A DNA stretch of 63,266 nucleotides, the filler included, from Choristocarpus tenellus KU-1152 (Eukaryota; Protista; Phaeophyceae), in assembly GCA_964200185.2 (NCBI GenBank). It is 12 parts of 12 records of this genome, joined end to end, with 100 filler letters (N's around TTAATTAATTAA, not from the genome) between each part and the next. Parts side by side here need not be neighbours in the genome. Positions count along the whole stretch, not along the records: positions 1 to 10,182 come from CAXNAD020003096.1; positions 10,283 to 15,132 come from CAXNAD020012802.1; 10 more parts are not named here. One strand, given 5' to 3'. Under the pieces are notes generated by a model. That model saw only the letters and a list, made by a program, of their open reading frames with translations, was not told the DNA's origin and did not search any database. This document shows, one piece after another, positions 1 to 13,539 of this stretch. The position numbers and the translations under genes are program-made. Each line of letters begins with the position of its first letter. The stretch's first letter is position 1.

Positions 1-11
1 CAGTGATTGCT

Positions 12-193
12 GGCTCAAAGTATCTGGGCCGGGGGGGGGGGGGTCTACACCAGGGTGTCGTTTGGGCCCTGACCAGGAGAAGTGAACTTGCATTATCCAT
101 CCGACACACACAACTAAATGACCCCAGAAATTGCGAAATGGAAAAATGGACCCCAAATGGACAGCCACCAGTCCCCCCCAGATACTTTGAGCC
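12..193. mobile_element. MITE family B, complete copy
   Basis: TIRs GGCTCAAAGTATCTGGG / CCCAGATACTTTGAGCC, 4-bp TSD TGCT (8-11 and 194-197), internal G/C runs, subterminal CCCAAATGGAC. Confidence 0.9.
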
Positions 194-493
194 TGCTGTA
201 CCATACTGCACATTTCATTGCTCCCAATGATCAGGGGTTGGGATGCAGAAAACGCGATGAGCAAGTGCCTTATGAGGGCGGTCTTGATTTATCTTTGTGG
301 GTGTGTAATAAAAAATACTTCGAAGTGTATGTCTTGACCCTTGGGGTTTGCAATCTCTATGGCGAGGTATCTCAAAAGTCCTTTTGGAACTTTACAGGGC
401 AATGAATACGTTTCACCACCCTTCTGCGGCGAAGTATTTTTTTGTCTGAGAGAAGTACTGTCTGCCCATGCACTTTTTGATTACAGGCGAAAC

Positions 494-3400
494 CTGCGTA
501 ACCTCCCCGCCCTATCCCTTCTCATATTTCTCCACCCTTGCATGTACACACTCCTTAGGAAATTATGTTTGTACAAAGATGAGGTATGCCTTCTGCAAAC
601 ACACACACAGAGCTATATATCTAGCTCTAACGCTAAGAAACAAAGTTATAGAGAGGTATCCAGGTTTTGGTCGATTTGCATTTTAGGTCTGTTTTCGATC
701 TTTTATTTCTATGGATCAAGTTCTAAGTTCACTTGAGAGCGTTTATTTCTCTACTGTTTGAAACTTTTATCATTTATTTCCGACAAGGTTCAGATAATAT
801 CCCTTACACATTTGAAAAAACAAACAAACGAATATTTGCACATAGTTGCTAGCATCCTTAAAATGTAACCCTGGTTACCTCTTGTTCACTCTGACTCTAC
901 GGATTTTTTTTAAAGAGGAGGAGCTTCGGCAAGGTGGGACTACTTCTACCTCACAAAGAATATTGGGATGCCATCTGTACCATGGGAGGACCAAGGACGG
1001 AAGAGGCTTGTACTTGTTTGTGTGAGCAATGGCAGTGAAACCTTGGTAGGGCCAGGACTTCCTACAATATATTTATTATTGTACGATTGTAGAGGAACTT
1101 GTGTAGAGTCTCTGGTCTCTATCAGCTGTTGTTTTTCGAGGAGCAACCTTATGCCTATAATCTGGTATTCTGCCAAACATATCAACACTCTGGGTAGAGT
1201 GAGATGACTGCTACCCGGGCATGGTTGTGTATTTGTCGGCAGCGTAGTGTACTCTATGAACTCTCCTTTCAGCTGGCACAGGATCACATTATTCCCGCCC
1301 TTCATCACCCCTTCTCTGACTATGGGGTGCGAATGCCTTCCAGGTGACCGTCGCATACACTTCTTGTTGAGAAAGAAGAGGCATGTCATGCCACATACTA
1401 GTACCTGAAGTTGAGAGTACAGAGCCCTTGACTTAAGGCCTAGGGAGGCGCCTTTTGCTATGCATAGGTAGTTGTCAAGAAAGAGAGAGGGGAGACTTTG
1501 AGACAAAAATGTCCAGCCAGCGATGTGACCCTCTGACAAGCCTTAGAGTTAGGGCATCTTACCTGTACGATTGATAGAAGTAACAAAATATCACTGCGAC
1601 AATCCCCAGGGGAAGGAGGGTCATAAACACAAGCTTCTTCAGGAAGTCGGGTCTGAAGAAGCAACCCTTGCTCAGGATGCCCCAGAAGTCCAAATTGAAG
1701 ACGCTGAAGGCGTCTGTGTACCTAAGAACAAAAAGAAAAAATTGTGATCATGCTCTTAACATATTGTGGAATGATGCATACTGATGCGGACTCTTTGAAT
1801 CTCCGATTCCCAAGTATCATTTATTTATTTTTTCAAACTGACACCGCCTCACCTTCCAAAGGCCTCAGGCCACTGGACGTTCAGGACTGTGGGGAAGGAG
1901 GCCATGATCTGGTAGTGAGTCACCAAGATCTTGAACCTGACTACCAGAGTGTCTGCTCGCCGCTGTAGGTATTGGACCAATCTGACCGATGACGTGCAGT
2001 ACAATAATAATAATAATAATATTGATGAAAAATACAAAGTGCCAAGTTGTTCAACAACACAACAATAACAACAAGTCAATCTTTGGTGTAACTGATTCTT
2101 AACCGTGGAGCTAGCGGTCCATGTTCACCTTGGGGTAAGGTTGGGGGAAGAGGACGATGAGTTGAGGTGGTCGAATGGTACATCAAATGTGGTACAAGTC
2201 TCATTGAGCCAAAGAATCTTAGAGGGTAGAGCTGCGTCCATTTGGGAGTCAAAATCCAATGTTGCACAATTTTGATTAAGTTTTGGCTATCGTGTTTGTT
2301 AGGAACTGTCAACATCCTTGTTCTGGACACACCTTTTCATAACGTATACATTTTATCTACTCCTAAATATTTTTGAATAGGGAAATGTCATTAAAAAAAC
2401 CTTGGGAAGTCAAGCGCCAAACGGACAAACAGGGCAAAACTCGTACCCTCTCAAGATACTTTCACTCATTAGTGTCATGGTAGACAAGGAAAAACTGTCA
2501 GATGCAAACAAAACGTGGGGGTAGTGGAAAGGGTAGAAAGGAGGGAAATCAGCACAGGCTATATCCAGTTCAACACAGTAAGGCAGGCAGTGCCATTGAG
2601 GTGTCACCTACACGAATGAAATATTTGTCATGGTGCAGACATGTGTCCATTATTTTCAGACATTACATTGACGCTGTCACGAACTGAAAAAAATATCGCA
2701 CCTGCTGAAAGACGCCCTCCTAGAGTAACAACCTGGACCTAGACTGGATGCACAAAAAAAAATAGATTGCTGAATGAGAAAGGACTGTACTAGCAATCTT
2801 GGGCGTTGCTGTTAAGCACATCATCGTTTTACGCCATTTTTTTTTTTCATATTCATCTTTTGAAACGTTCACCATTTTTTTTTTCTCCATTTTTTTTTCT
2901 GTGGATGAAGAGCTAAGGATTGGATTGGGAGCGTTGATTTCTCTATACAGTTTGCAAAATTCCGAGAAAATTCCCCTAATGCGTTTGTACAAAAAAAAAA
3001 TCCGAAATCTGCAAATATTTGTCAGCACCCTTAAAATGCAACCACCCCGGGTGTCTCTCGTTTACTTTGACTCTAATCACCTCCTTACACAGAAAACAAT
3101 GTTGGTATGCTAGAGCAGTACTTACTTCCCTTTTGCATCAAGTTGACCAGATGTGACCCAACTCAATCAGTGCCAGTTCCATCTGTACAAAACCCCCCAA
3201 CTATTTAAATGGCAGGAGTAGATTAGGATTAGGGTCTAGGAAATTGAGCAAGCTTTTTGAAGTTGACAAACAAATACCAATATAATTAAAAGACTATACA
3301 TAAACTCGCATGTATATGTATGTATGTATATATATATGGTGCTTACGATATATTTTTTTTTTTTCTCAAAGTAGGTACAAGGATAGGGTTAGCGTCACTG

Positions 3401-6400
3401 CCATGAAAGGGACCGCATGCTTGACTGCCCCTGAAATCACAATCCAGACTCTCTCTCTCTCTCTCTCTCTCATCCTCTCTAGCCTAGCTAATCATTAGAA
3501 GAGCGATACACTACATTATTTTTTTTCGTGTTAATCGGAAAAATCGGTATATATACCACTATTGAAGAATCGGTAATACACATTTTTCCAAGACATACAT
3601 TCTATCGCCAGATCTGCGAAGAGGGCGATACAGTTCCAATGAAGACGTAACAGCTGCAGCAGCAACAATAGCATTAATAATAATAGTGGTATTAGTAGTA
3701 GTAGTGGTAGTAGTGGTGGTGGTAGCAGTAATAGTAGTAGTAACAGTAATAGTAGTAGTAGTAGCGGTAGTAGTAGTAGTAGTAATAGTAGTAGTAACAG
3801 TAGTAGTAATAGTAGTAGTAGTAATAGTAGTATTAATAGTAGTAGTAGTACTAATAGTAGTAGTTAGTAGTGAGATTTGTTTGCAACCTGTATGTGTATC
3901 TGCAGCATGTGATGATTCCCACCTTGAGGTTGAATTGGTGTACTTTGCACGCCTCAAGGCTCTCTCTCTTGCCGACTTCAGCGCGACCTCATCCATCTCA
4001 GCTCCATCCATCACTTCCAGCACACTATCCGAGGCCTTGAGCATCAAATAGACAAACGTTCCGAGCAAGGAGACAAATATACTGGACGGAAAAGGGCACG
4101 AAGGTCATGCATGATTGCAGAATGATGGGTTTGTTTTGGCTCAAAGTATCTGGGGGTGGGTGGGAGGGGGGGGCTTCTTTGCCAAGGTGTCCATTCGGGC
4201 CCTGACCAGGAAAAGTAGACTTACATTATCCATCCGATGCATGCAACCAAATCACCCCAAAATCGTTACATGGAAAAAAGGACTCTGAATGGACAGTCGC
4301 CACCCCCCACCCCCCCAGATACTTTGAGTCTCTTTTGTTTTGTTTTTTATTTTTTCGGGGGGGTGGGGGGACAGATAATGCCAATCAATGCCTTGGAACA
4401 AGGGTGTTTTCTGAGTTAAGATGGATTAGAAAGAAAGGAAGATTAAAACGAGGTCATGATTGCCATCAAGGAGTGCAATTGAAGGACAAGTGACTTAGTC
4501 CATAAAAACGTGACTTGTACATCATATTTGTAGATACATGTAAAGGCAACCATACAAGGTTGAATCTGACGAGTCACAGAAAAGCAATTTGCAACTGTTG
4601 AATTTTTCACTGATTGCAACTGCCTGGGCTTCTCCTGTTCTGCATGTAGAAATGCAGAGTGCATAGTATTCAAGAAGGAAGGCTCCACTCTCTTGTGCCA
4701 TGAGCTAGCAGCTAAATATATGTATATATATCCCTGATCTGACTTCACTCTACTGATACTATTGCAACATATTTAACACGCATATCGCTCTAGTATTACG
4801 TTATGATCTATTCCAAGTGCTTTAAACTCCTCAAACTCATTCACACACACTCAGGCACGCACATGTATACACACATGCATGCACACGCCTTTTTAGTTCG
4901 ACACGCCTTTTTTGTTTGGAAAAGGGTTGCAGCTCACATGATGGTCAAAATCGCGTGGATGCTGTTTCCGTCTGTGCAAGAGTGGCATTCGAAGTATCCG
5001 CTGGGGTAGTGGTCTTCCGCACACACTGCACACACTGAACAAAAAACATAAAATCCAACAATTTGACAAGGGGAAGAAGCATCAACAGCGGATGAGATGA
5101 TGATGACAGAGAGGTTGGGTGTGGCATGGGTGTGGGTGGCACAAGAGGAGAAAGTGAGCGTGCATGAGAATGGATAGCGAGTGACTCAAAGTGAAGGAGA
5201 GGGTGCCCAGAGTTTGTAGTTTTAAGGATGCCAGCGAATGATGTGCAAAATTTGTTGTTGTTTATAAAAAATTAATTTCTTACAGGATATATACTCTGTG
5301 CGAATTGTGTTAGAAAAGTTTCAAACAAAGGAGAAAATCAAACCCCTAAAGTTGTACTTAGCACTCACTTCATTCCATAGATGTATGGGCGAACTTGAAG
5401 AATATTGAATTAACCGACGAAGCGGAAAATATTGAAATATTTTAAATAACGGGTGTACCCCTGGTTTACTTTGGTCCGAGTGCATTGGGAGAGCCAATGC
5501 AGTCTCGTGAGATTTTTGTCAGTAGGCTTGGTGAAAGACAGAGACACAGTTGTTTGACCAATGTGAAGGATCAAATCCCTGTTCTACACCCCATTTCTAT
5601 TCTTTCAAGGTTGGACGGTATTGCACGCCTTCCAAGGAACAACTCAGCTTCTACAAAGTCTCCTTTAGGGCACAGAAATGAGATTTGGAATTGGAATGGA
5701 AGATGAAAAATCAAAGGATATTTCATTGGGCAAGTCAATGTTGGAACCGTTTTCAACCATTACTCTGTCGGGGAAAAAAATAACCGGGTGTAGATTATGC
5801 TTGCACATGCAATAGGTGAGATTAAAGCATGCGGTATTGGGTTATAACCCTAACCCTTCATTATTGGTATCTTTTGGGTGAGGGAAGTATAAAGATTCAC
5901 GATCTTGACAATGGAGCATGTTTTGCTTCATAGACATACAAATCATGATGACAAAATCAATAGTATCAGTACCATCATGTCTCAATGATAGGTTGAAAAA
6001 TGATGGTGCGGCGAAAGTGTCACAGGAGAGTCAAAGCCTATCCATAAGCGTCATGCTTGAAGTTGGAATGTGTTGACCTTGATGTTGACATTAGGGTTTC
6101 ATTGATGGAGTGAACGCTTTTTCTTGCAGGTAGATGGATACGAGTAGAGCATTGGAGACAATCTCATTGGTTTATCTAGCAAGGGTGGTAAGAGATCGAA
6201 GGACCGCAGGAGGGGATGAAGTGTTCCAAGGGAGAAAATATGCTTCTCTTCCTTTTGTGTAGTGGTATGAGTACACTTACAATGGCCGGTGAATCCTTCT
6301 TGACATACTGATTCGCCTCCGATGCAGGAGTCACTGCGCAGGCAGGCTAGTACAGCAGCTTCTTCGCCTGTGTGTAGAGTGGCAGAGAGATCCATGTGAC

Positions 6401-7990
6401 AAGCGCTGTTTAGACAGAGACAATTACATTCTGTTCATCAATGTTTCTTACATTGAAGAAGCCCTCATACATACTAACCCTAACCCTATGCAAGTAACGC
6501 AACATAGTACTACAACTCTTACACATATTGCATGCTCATTCAAGAAAAAACCATCTCCTGGTGACCTCTCTGATTGCAACTCCTTCACATGCACTCTTAC
6601 AGCTACAGAGCACGGTTCCAGTAACTAGGGCTACTTGAAAGATCTGCACATCACCTATCCCTTGGGTTCCTGTCCCTAGTATGGTGCCACAATTTCGAAC
6701 ACACTGCCATTTAAGGATGCTTGATCCTCTTCTTCCAATAACCCTTACATAAGGCTACTTGCTGCGCTTCCACTGCTTGGCCCAATGGGACTGCCTCTTC
6801 CAGAGACGTTATCATGCTTCTTCCAATACCCTCTAGTACTTTCTATGTGAGCATGTGACTGGCAAAATATCCAATCCAATTTATATCTATTTATGCCAAT
6901 CCCAGTCCCCTGTTTTAGCCAACGGCTGTGGTTGAGGTGTAATGACATGACCTTTCATGCTCTCTTCCTTCGCTTTGTGCCCTGAATAATGTGCCATGCC
7001 ACCATGCTCCCCTGCTGCTCTACAATATATGCTTTAGATGAGGTTTCCAATGCTGTGGGGAGGAGGATTGGCCCCATCACAAGTCACTATAATTTCCTAG
7101 ATAAGTGAGCACGGTGGTCTGCATACTCGGGTACATATGTTCGCATCCGTAACACCAACCTCCCAGAAAGGATAGGACTCAAGGGAAGATCGCGTCTCCA
7201 CCGTTTCAGAGTGCAACCCAAGGGCTAGGGAAGTGAGTATATTGGCGTCTCAGTCATCTGAGTACCCATGCAGTTGATGGGATCAGAACTTTGGCATGCA
7301 TTAGAGTATGGTGAGTCAGCCTTTACTAGTGGTGGGTCTCATGCAAGATGTTGCATAGGCATTCGACGCACATGCTGACATGTTTCATCGCGAACAGCAA
7401 CAGTTATTGCCCATCTCTCTCGATCTATACATGTTGCAGTGCAGTAAATTATCCCCCTCTGCAATTGCATCTTCTGTAAACGCTGCTTGTATGCCAGCTA
7501 CCTCTCCCTTGGTTCGCCTCATATCCCCACAAAGCAAATCTCACCGTCGTTGGTTCGCCAGTACCCAGTTTCCAATTCGCAAGACGTGAAGTTCTTGCTG
7601 GAGACCAACCCATCCTTGCAAGCCGTACATGCCCTGGATGAGTTTCACACAAGCGTATCTCGGTTGATCTTGGATCCAGTGGTAGGCTTCTAGCCGGAGC
7701 ATGACTTTAAGTGAGGAATTGGCACGTAATGTAAAGCCTGTGAAGTTTAATTGTGTTGCTAAAGTCGCTAAGCCATTCCTTGCCTCAAACTTGATGCCTC
7801 TCTGACAAGAATCAAGAGCAAAAACCTATACATATATATCTATATCTACCCTCGGGACTCACATCGAACCTGCTGTGGACTTCGCGAAGCCTTCGGCACA
7901 AGCGTTGCAACTAATCTCGAGGTCATCTCCGTTGATTTCGACAATCAGCTCATATCCAGGGTCGCTGGATAAAGAGGTGTACGAGGGCGC
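494..7990 (-). CDS. Multi-exon Cys-rich multi-pass membrane protein (stramenopile 'adhesin-like/GPCR-related' type); 3' part runs off the window
   Basis: Phase-consistent GT-AG exons on minus: 7863-7990, 7545-7633, 6281-6367, 4938-5034, 3923-4081, 2702-2743, 1853-1981, 1563-1721, 494-592. Spliced peptide includes CNACAEGFAK..CTACKDG..CELETGYWR..CLRSDSCIGGESVCQEGFTGHLCAVCAEDHY..CHSC, a TM segment (AILTIIIFVSLLGTFVYLML), KILVTHYQIMASFPTVLNVQWPEAF and NLDFWGILSKGCFFRPDFLKKLVFMTLLPLGIV. The two short exons (2702-2743, 494-592) rest mainly on splice phase. Confidence 0.85.
637..897. mobile_element. MITE family C copy (diverged)
   Basis: Imperfect TIRs (CAAAGTTATAGAGAGGTATCCAGG / CCTGGTTACCTCTTGTTCACTCTGACTC); internal similarity to 5183-5477, 18632-18897 and 26590-26846. 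Confidence 0.7.
2206..2467. mobile_element. MITE family A, complete copy (intronic)
   Basis: TIRs GAGCCAAAGAATCTTAGAGGGTA / TACCCTCTCAAGATACTTTCACTC; flanks ATT/ATT. Confidence 0.9.
2800..3073. mobile_element. MITE family C copy (diverged, left boundary approximate)
   Basis: Right end CCCGGGTGTCTCTCGTTTACTTTGACTC; shared internal motifs GAGCGTTGATTTCTCTA and CCTTAAAATGCAAC. Confidence 0.6.
3673..3870. repeat. (GTA/TAG)n imperfect trinucleotide microsatellite in an intron
   Basis: About 200 bp of agtagtagt/aatagt; it generates the spurious poly-T and poly-V ORFs. Confidence 0.95.
4138..4330. mobile_element. MITE family B, complete copy
   Basis: GGCTCAAAGTATCTGGGG ... CCCCAGATACTTTGAGTC; collinear with 12-193. 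Confidence 0.88.
5183..5477. mobile_element. MITE family C, complete copy
   Basis: GACTCAAAGTGAAGGAGAGGGTGCCC ... GGGTGTACCCCTGGTTTACTTTGGTCC with 4-bp TSD GAGT (5179-5182 and 5478-5481). Confidence 0.8.
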
Positions 7991-7994
7991 CTGG

Positions 7995-8318
7995 TCAAGT
8001 GGATGGACTAGATATTATTTGAAGTTGAGATGGGTATGTCCAATCCTTTCGTAGACAGGTGCGTATAATTTGTAAAGAAAGATCCTCATACTGGCATCGT
8101 AGACGTCCAAAATCGCACCAGGATGTGATGCCACATGTCGAGGCAGTACACGAATCGTACGAATCCTGAGAATCGCTTGAATCACTCGAGTCGCTCGAAT
8201 CAGAAGAACTCGAATCAGAAGAACTTGAGTCGGAAGAAGAAGCATACCCCCAAGTGGCGGACGAAATGCAAAGGAAGGCGACGGCAAGCTTAAGTAAGGT
8301 CCAGATCAAGCAAGCCAT
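7995..8318 (-). CDS. Probable first exon(s) of the membrane-protein gene: signal peptide plus Ser/Asp-rich tract
   Basis: MACLIWTLLKLAVAFLCISSATWG followed by YASSSDSSSSDSSSSDSSDSSDS, immediately upstream of exon 7863-7990. The splice junction to that exon is unresolved. Confidence 0.5.
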   Translation of the reverse strand: MACLIWTLLKLAVAFLCISSATWGYASSSDSSSSDSSSSDSSDSSDSSDSQDSYDSCTASTCGITSWCDFGRLRCQYEDLSLQIIRTCLRKDWTYPSQLQIISSPST

Positions 8319-10182
8319 GTCAGCAGCAGACACCTTGTCACCCTATCCAGCAAGCAATTTGAAGACAACCAACAAGTGCCACCCATTAGATACATATGAC
8401 GATCTATGTGGCACATATTGGTTGTACGGACCGCGAACTGTAACCGTGTAACCGACTCTTAGATTTCTACATCATCAAAGGTGAACCGAACCACATATCC
8501 AAAATAGGTAACAGGGGAGACACTATCCATGTGCATAAATTTTTTGATACTATTGATGCCGCTGACAATGGGATCGCTTCTTTCGTGCTCTTGTTGAGGT
8601 TCTCTGATTGCGTATCTGCTGGTTTTGTGATGGCAAAATTGTGGCAACTCAAGTCGGTCTTGGCAGAAAGCAACCGAGTTGATGCACGTTGTAACAAAAT
8701 ATGTTGTAACAAAATATGATAGCGCGTGGATGAGATGATGTACAATAGTGAAGCATTTGTCAGCTCCCGTGAACAAATTCACCATGGGCACAATCTTAAC
8801 TCAAGACAGCCACATAGCCCCCCCTGTTCAAAAAAGCGACTTGCCGACCCCCGATTACCAATGACTGATAGTCAAAACAAAAGTATGACCAACGGATACT
8901 ATCAACATCCCTCCATTGCGCCGTACCGCTCTCAAACTAAGTCCGTTTGCTAGATGTTCAGCCCAACCCATGTTCGAGAGTTCCTTCTCCATTACTGTAT
9001 CGTTAGTGATCTTTACGATATCCAAGCAATTAAGCCAACAATATTCAAGTACAAAAGATCACTTTGGATAGATACAATTTGCAATGATGTAGGCGGTATG
9101 CTGCTGGACGATTAGCCCTCAGATGTTGCCTTCTCCTGAGTGGTGTCGCAAAGACTATACTGAGCATTTAGTATATAATTATATATAGAAAAAGGGAACG
9201 AATATTTTCACCAGGACACACCTCTACATTTTAAGTCCAAAAATGACACATGGACAAAGTTTAGAGTTACTATTTAAACCTGCAAGTCTAAAACGCCTTC
9301 TTCACAAATAGCCGGATAAATTAATGATTCATTTATTTGTTTATATTTCGAAATCATTGATAAGCACAGTAGTTTGTTTCTGTGTTGTGATCCTCCCTAC
9401 CACTTGAGAGTGCTTGTAATTCTTAGTAAATGCACCCTGGTAGCCAGTCTCCAAGAAACAAGAAGAATCGAGGTACTCTGGTAATGAGTCACCTCAGCTC
9501 ATTTTCACATTTTCACTACTCTTCAACTCAGCAACAGGTACCATAACAGTGATAATACATTGAGCAATAAGAAAATACTATAAAAATAGCGGTTTTCCAC
9601 AAATGAAAGAACGAGACGTAAAAAAAATCACTCTCCAAGCAACCCGTTATTGTATACATGCTAAAATACATCATTAGTACTTATCAAAGCAGTTTGAGAT
9701 ATTTCCCATCATTGAACAGGCATACCATCTCCGTATTCTTGTGCTGGTATCAATCACAATGTTGATTCATTTCTTGTTTGAGCAACACTTAGGAAGATCT
9801 GAAAAAAAATCATGCATATTCCTTCCTAACCCCAAATCAAAGTTGGACAATCAAAACTTGACCATGCAGTATGTCAAATGCTAAATCAGCATCATCAGCA
9901 CATACTTCAGGACATTACAAAATGCATTAATAATCAGTCCCCAATCACACATTGCACATACCTACAAAAATACAAGCTAACAAACATATCGCCACCACCA
10001 CAACCACTCTTCAAAAAACTCAAACTGGCAGATCAAAAACAAGAACACACTAAGCAAGGGGACAAACATGCAGTCAAGGCATCACTACTTGTGTTCTGCC
10101 CTTGCCCCCAAGAACCCCCCCCTACTTCCTGCAACCTCTGAATTAAAAAACACAACTCAACAAATAAATGCTCCCTGTTACC

Positions 10183-10281
10183 NNNNNNNNNNNNNNNNNN
10201 NNNNNNNNNNNNNNNNNNNNNNNNNNTTAATTAATTAANNNNNNNNNNNNNNNNNNNNNNNNNNNNNNNNNNNNNNNNNNN
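10183..10281. other. Artificial contig-joining spacer. The same spacer recurs at about 15133-15232, 17751-17851, 22799-22898, 29116-29215, 38137-38236, 42365-42463, 45579-45678, 49365-49464, 55835-55934 and 59826-59925
   Basis: N-run + TTAATTAATTAA (stops in all six frames) + N-run, ~100 nt, 11 occurrences. Confidence 0.98.
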
Positions 10282-10738
10282 NCATAAATGGATACCAAGT
10301 GTGTATCCTCAGCTCCAATCCTCCCATTCTCCCCCCCCCCCTCCCCCTCCCCCCCGACCACCTGCACTCCAACCCTAACCCTTACCCCAACCCGAACCCT
10401 TCTATTGGTCCCAGAGAGGAAGGACACCCACTGGCCTATATTCAGTATCTCAACCTTAACCCTAACCCCAAACCTAAATCTAACCCTAGCCCTAACCCTA
10501 GCCCGCTTTACACACACCTCATCTTACCCCAAACCTAAACATTACCTTTTCTATGCACTATTTGGCATTACAGGAAAATAGACGGGGACACTAAACCACA
10601 GCTACCAAGTCTACACCAGCACAAACGTATCACACACCTCTATATCCCTCTGCCTTACCCCCCCCCCCCCCCCCCCCCGCCAACTACCCCTGCAAAAGCA
10701 CCACTCAAATAAAGAGAGGTCGAGATACAGGGACCGAC

Positions 10739-11749
10739 CTCTCGTGTTGCATCCTCACAGAGCCCTCCCCCATCTTTTTCTGCTGCATCATGCGCACGAT
10801 CAATCAAGTCCTCCTTCGCCTTGAAGCATCTTACCAGCTCATTGTCCTTGTTGAACATAGCCTTATTCTGGATGCGTAACTGTAAATGTTGTTGGGAGGG
10901 CGTTAGCTGTCTGACAGCAAAAGTTCAGAATGCACCAATCTGTGCGCTCTCCTCCCCATGAAATGTAACAAAATGCAATGGGATGAAGCGGGGTTGGTTG
11001 GGCTCGGGAGACCCGGGGGGATAGACCCATCACTTCCACAACGCCCTGACAGCCTCCTTGAGTATTGTTACCTCCATAGGTAGTCACAGAACCTAACCAT
11101 GCACTGTGATAGCGACAGTACAGCCAAATATTGTAAGCCTCCTGGAAAAAAAATATATATATATATATTAGAGCAGATCATCAACAGCTGTATCAAGCCG
11201 AAAGGGAAATGGACTTTCCAGGATCATCCACCCATACTTCCATATCCAACCCTCGCTACCTTCAGGAAATGTTTGCACGCTACTGCTTTCCCCCCATCTC
11301 CCCCTTACGTTACCTCAGACATTTGTGTGCCCAGCAGCAACTTTTGCTACAAGGTACGCATAGGGACTTGTTGCTGCCACTATGTTTTCAGCACAATTCA
11401 GGGTATTTTGACATAAAACGTTCAACCAGGAAGCATGTTACAAAACCTTTTTTGAACTGACTAATTTCTGGATGCATGTGAGTTAGACAAGAAAATATAC
11501 GGAAGACAACTAATCAAAGAATCTCCTCACGTAACCCTAATCCTATCCCTAACCCTAAACGTAACCCATCCAACGTCATGGCCATTTGCCTTAACTCAAA
11601 CTTCGAAATACTGCCTCACCTTCTCTTGTAAATCCCTGAGTTGTCCGGCTACGGTGTTTCTGTAATTTTCGAAATCATAGTTGCATTGCGATACCTGGGC
11701 TTTCTGCCCCAGCATGGCATTGTGCTCCTTTCGATTTGCAGCTATCGAA
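10739..11749 (-). CDS. Two exons of an uncharacterised, probably coiled-coil protein
   Basis: Exons 11620-11749 (SIAANRKEHNAMLGQKAQVSQCNYDFENYRNTVAGQLRDLQEK|gtgagg) and 10739-10867 (NKAMFNKDNELVRCFKAKEDLIDRAHDAAEK...); canonical sites, phase-0 join. Confidence 0.6.
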
Positions 11750-11949
11750 CTAGAAGCAGGAGGTGGTAAGAAACAGGCACACAACATTGACGTACAAGGT
11801 TATTTACATGAGAAGAGAGAATGGGGTGCCTCACTTATACGTTATCGTCATAGTGAAGGAATAGCATTGGGTAATCGACTGGTGGTCAGGAGGACGACGG
11901 GTTAGGCGATCAGTCTGGGAATGTGAGAAGTATAGAGCGTTCAGAATGG

Positions 11950-12450
11950 GTATGGCATAAGGAATGCCCTTGCAATACAGTAAGTAGTCTCTGCGTTCTC
12001 TCTGACAAGCTCCTGCCTCAGGTAATGTTAGGGTCTGAATGGCAACAGAAGTTTGCTATGGGAGACAATGATCTCAGTTCCCAAGGCAGTATCTCTCAAT
12101 CCCTGCAACAAATTGTTGAGAATACCAACATACTCGCACCCATACACTTCATCCATTTTGTTCCGGGACTTGTTTGGAAATGTGGGCGCAAATGACGGCT
12201 CATTAGCCACATCGCATGCTACTCTGCAGTACATAACTCCTGCACCGTATTGTGTAAGCTTTCCCGACGGATATTCTCGGGAAGATGTAAGGAAAAGGGA
12301 GCGTCCCCAAGACAATTTTCCTAGGATGAAATTGGTCCAACGCCTTGTCTCATTGACACTGATATCAGTTCGTAATCATTCTTGCGTGAACGGTGGACAA
12401 AATACAGTATATGCTAATCCAGTTTTCCAATAGCTCACTTCTCTAGCTCG
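11950..12450 (-). mobile_element. Old, degenerate non-LTR retrotransposon (LINE) 3' remnant
   Basis: Broken frames with LINE post-RT-like motifs (LTQYGAGV, YVGILNNLLQGL..KLLL). Similar debris is suspected at ~950-1500, 19000-19500 and 61440-62000. Confidence 0.35.
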
Positions 12451-13539
12451 ACCCGCGTGTTGCGAAGCTTCTCAAAGCACTGTGGTTTTTGAGCAGCTCC
12501 TATCACCACTACCGCCATCACCCCAAGGGTAGTTGCCACCATCCGTTTAGGCTGCCTCATAGGTCCAAGCCTTCGCCTGTGTGGTGGCATTCCAACACCA
12601 CACTTTGTGGTCTTCTTGGGAGGTTGTTTGCTGGGTCTGATCTTTGATTGAAGCGAAGGGAAAGTTGAGACGCGTCAGTACCTCAATGCTCTAAGTATCA
12701 GATCGTACGCTCTGTCCATTCCAGAACGTCCTGTTTGCGCCTACTCTAGGCAAATCAAGAGCTTCACCGCCGTAGTTTCTACCCTACAGCAACAACAGTT
12801 GAGCTGTAGACAGGTCCATACAGTGAAGATTTGGGTAACAAAAACCTAAGAATCTTGAATCTTGAAAAGTTTTGAAGAAAGTACTAATTTCTACCTATTA
12901 GTAAAAATATTTCAGCCAACAACAAACAATAGTCAGTTTCAGTGAACGGAGAACAAGGGAGTGGTAACAATACTAAAAACAATGTTATATCCCTTCGGTC
13001 TATTTTCTATTTCCTACTTGTTCATCATGTAAATGTTAACTATTGTTCCAGCAATATTTTATATTTAGAACGAGGTGTTGAAACAAGGCCCAAAGGATAA
13101 CAACCACATGCATCATCATGTATAAATTATTATCCCCTTTTGACAATTTGCATATTTTGAATGGAAAATACCAAACGGATATGACAAACACCTAGAAACA
13201 TACACATCCACAATAACAATATTATTATTTCCTCCTTCATTTATTTTCACTCTATGAAACACCCCTAATCGACAAACGTTGCCCAGAGAACCATTACACA
13301 CTCACTAGGAAAAATCAACAGGACCGAAAAAGAAAATATTGGTCTGGAAGAAATAGAAAATACAGAGAAAAAAATATATATACGAAAAGGACAGAACAAG
13401 GACCAGAAAGACACACCAACCCCCGAAAACACACAATCGGAAGAGAAGAAGGGGAGCAAAACATGGAAGAGATTGAACCACAAAGAAAAACAGCGATAGG
13501 AGATGGTGATGGTGGTGGTGGTGGTTGGTGGGTTGGGGG

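Noticed and set aside
3559-4068. Poly-Thr and poly-Val ORFs as a mucin or membrane protein
   Set aside because: They are read-through of an intronic (GTA)n microsatellite; only 3923-4081 is exon.
6749-6858. Possible extra exon with GYW (ESTRGYWKK)
   Set aside because: Exon 7545-7633 already supplies ETGYWR and joins 6367 in phase. This segment is phase-incompatible with the upstream donor.
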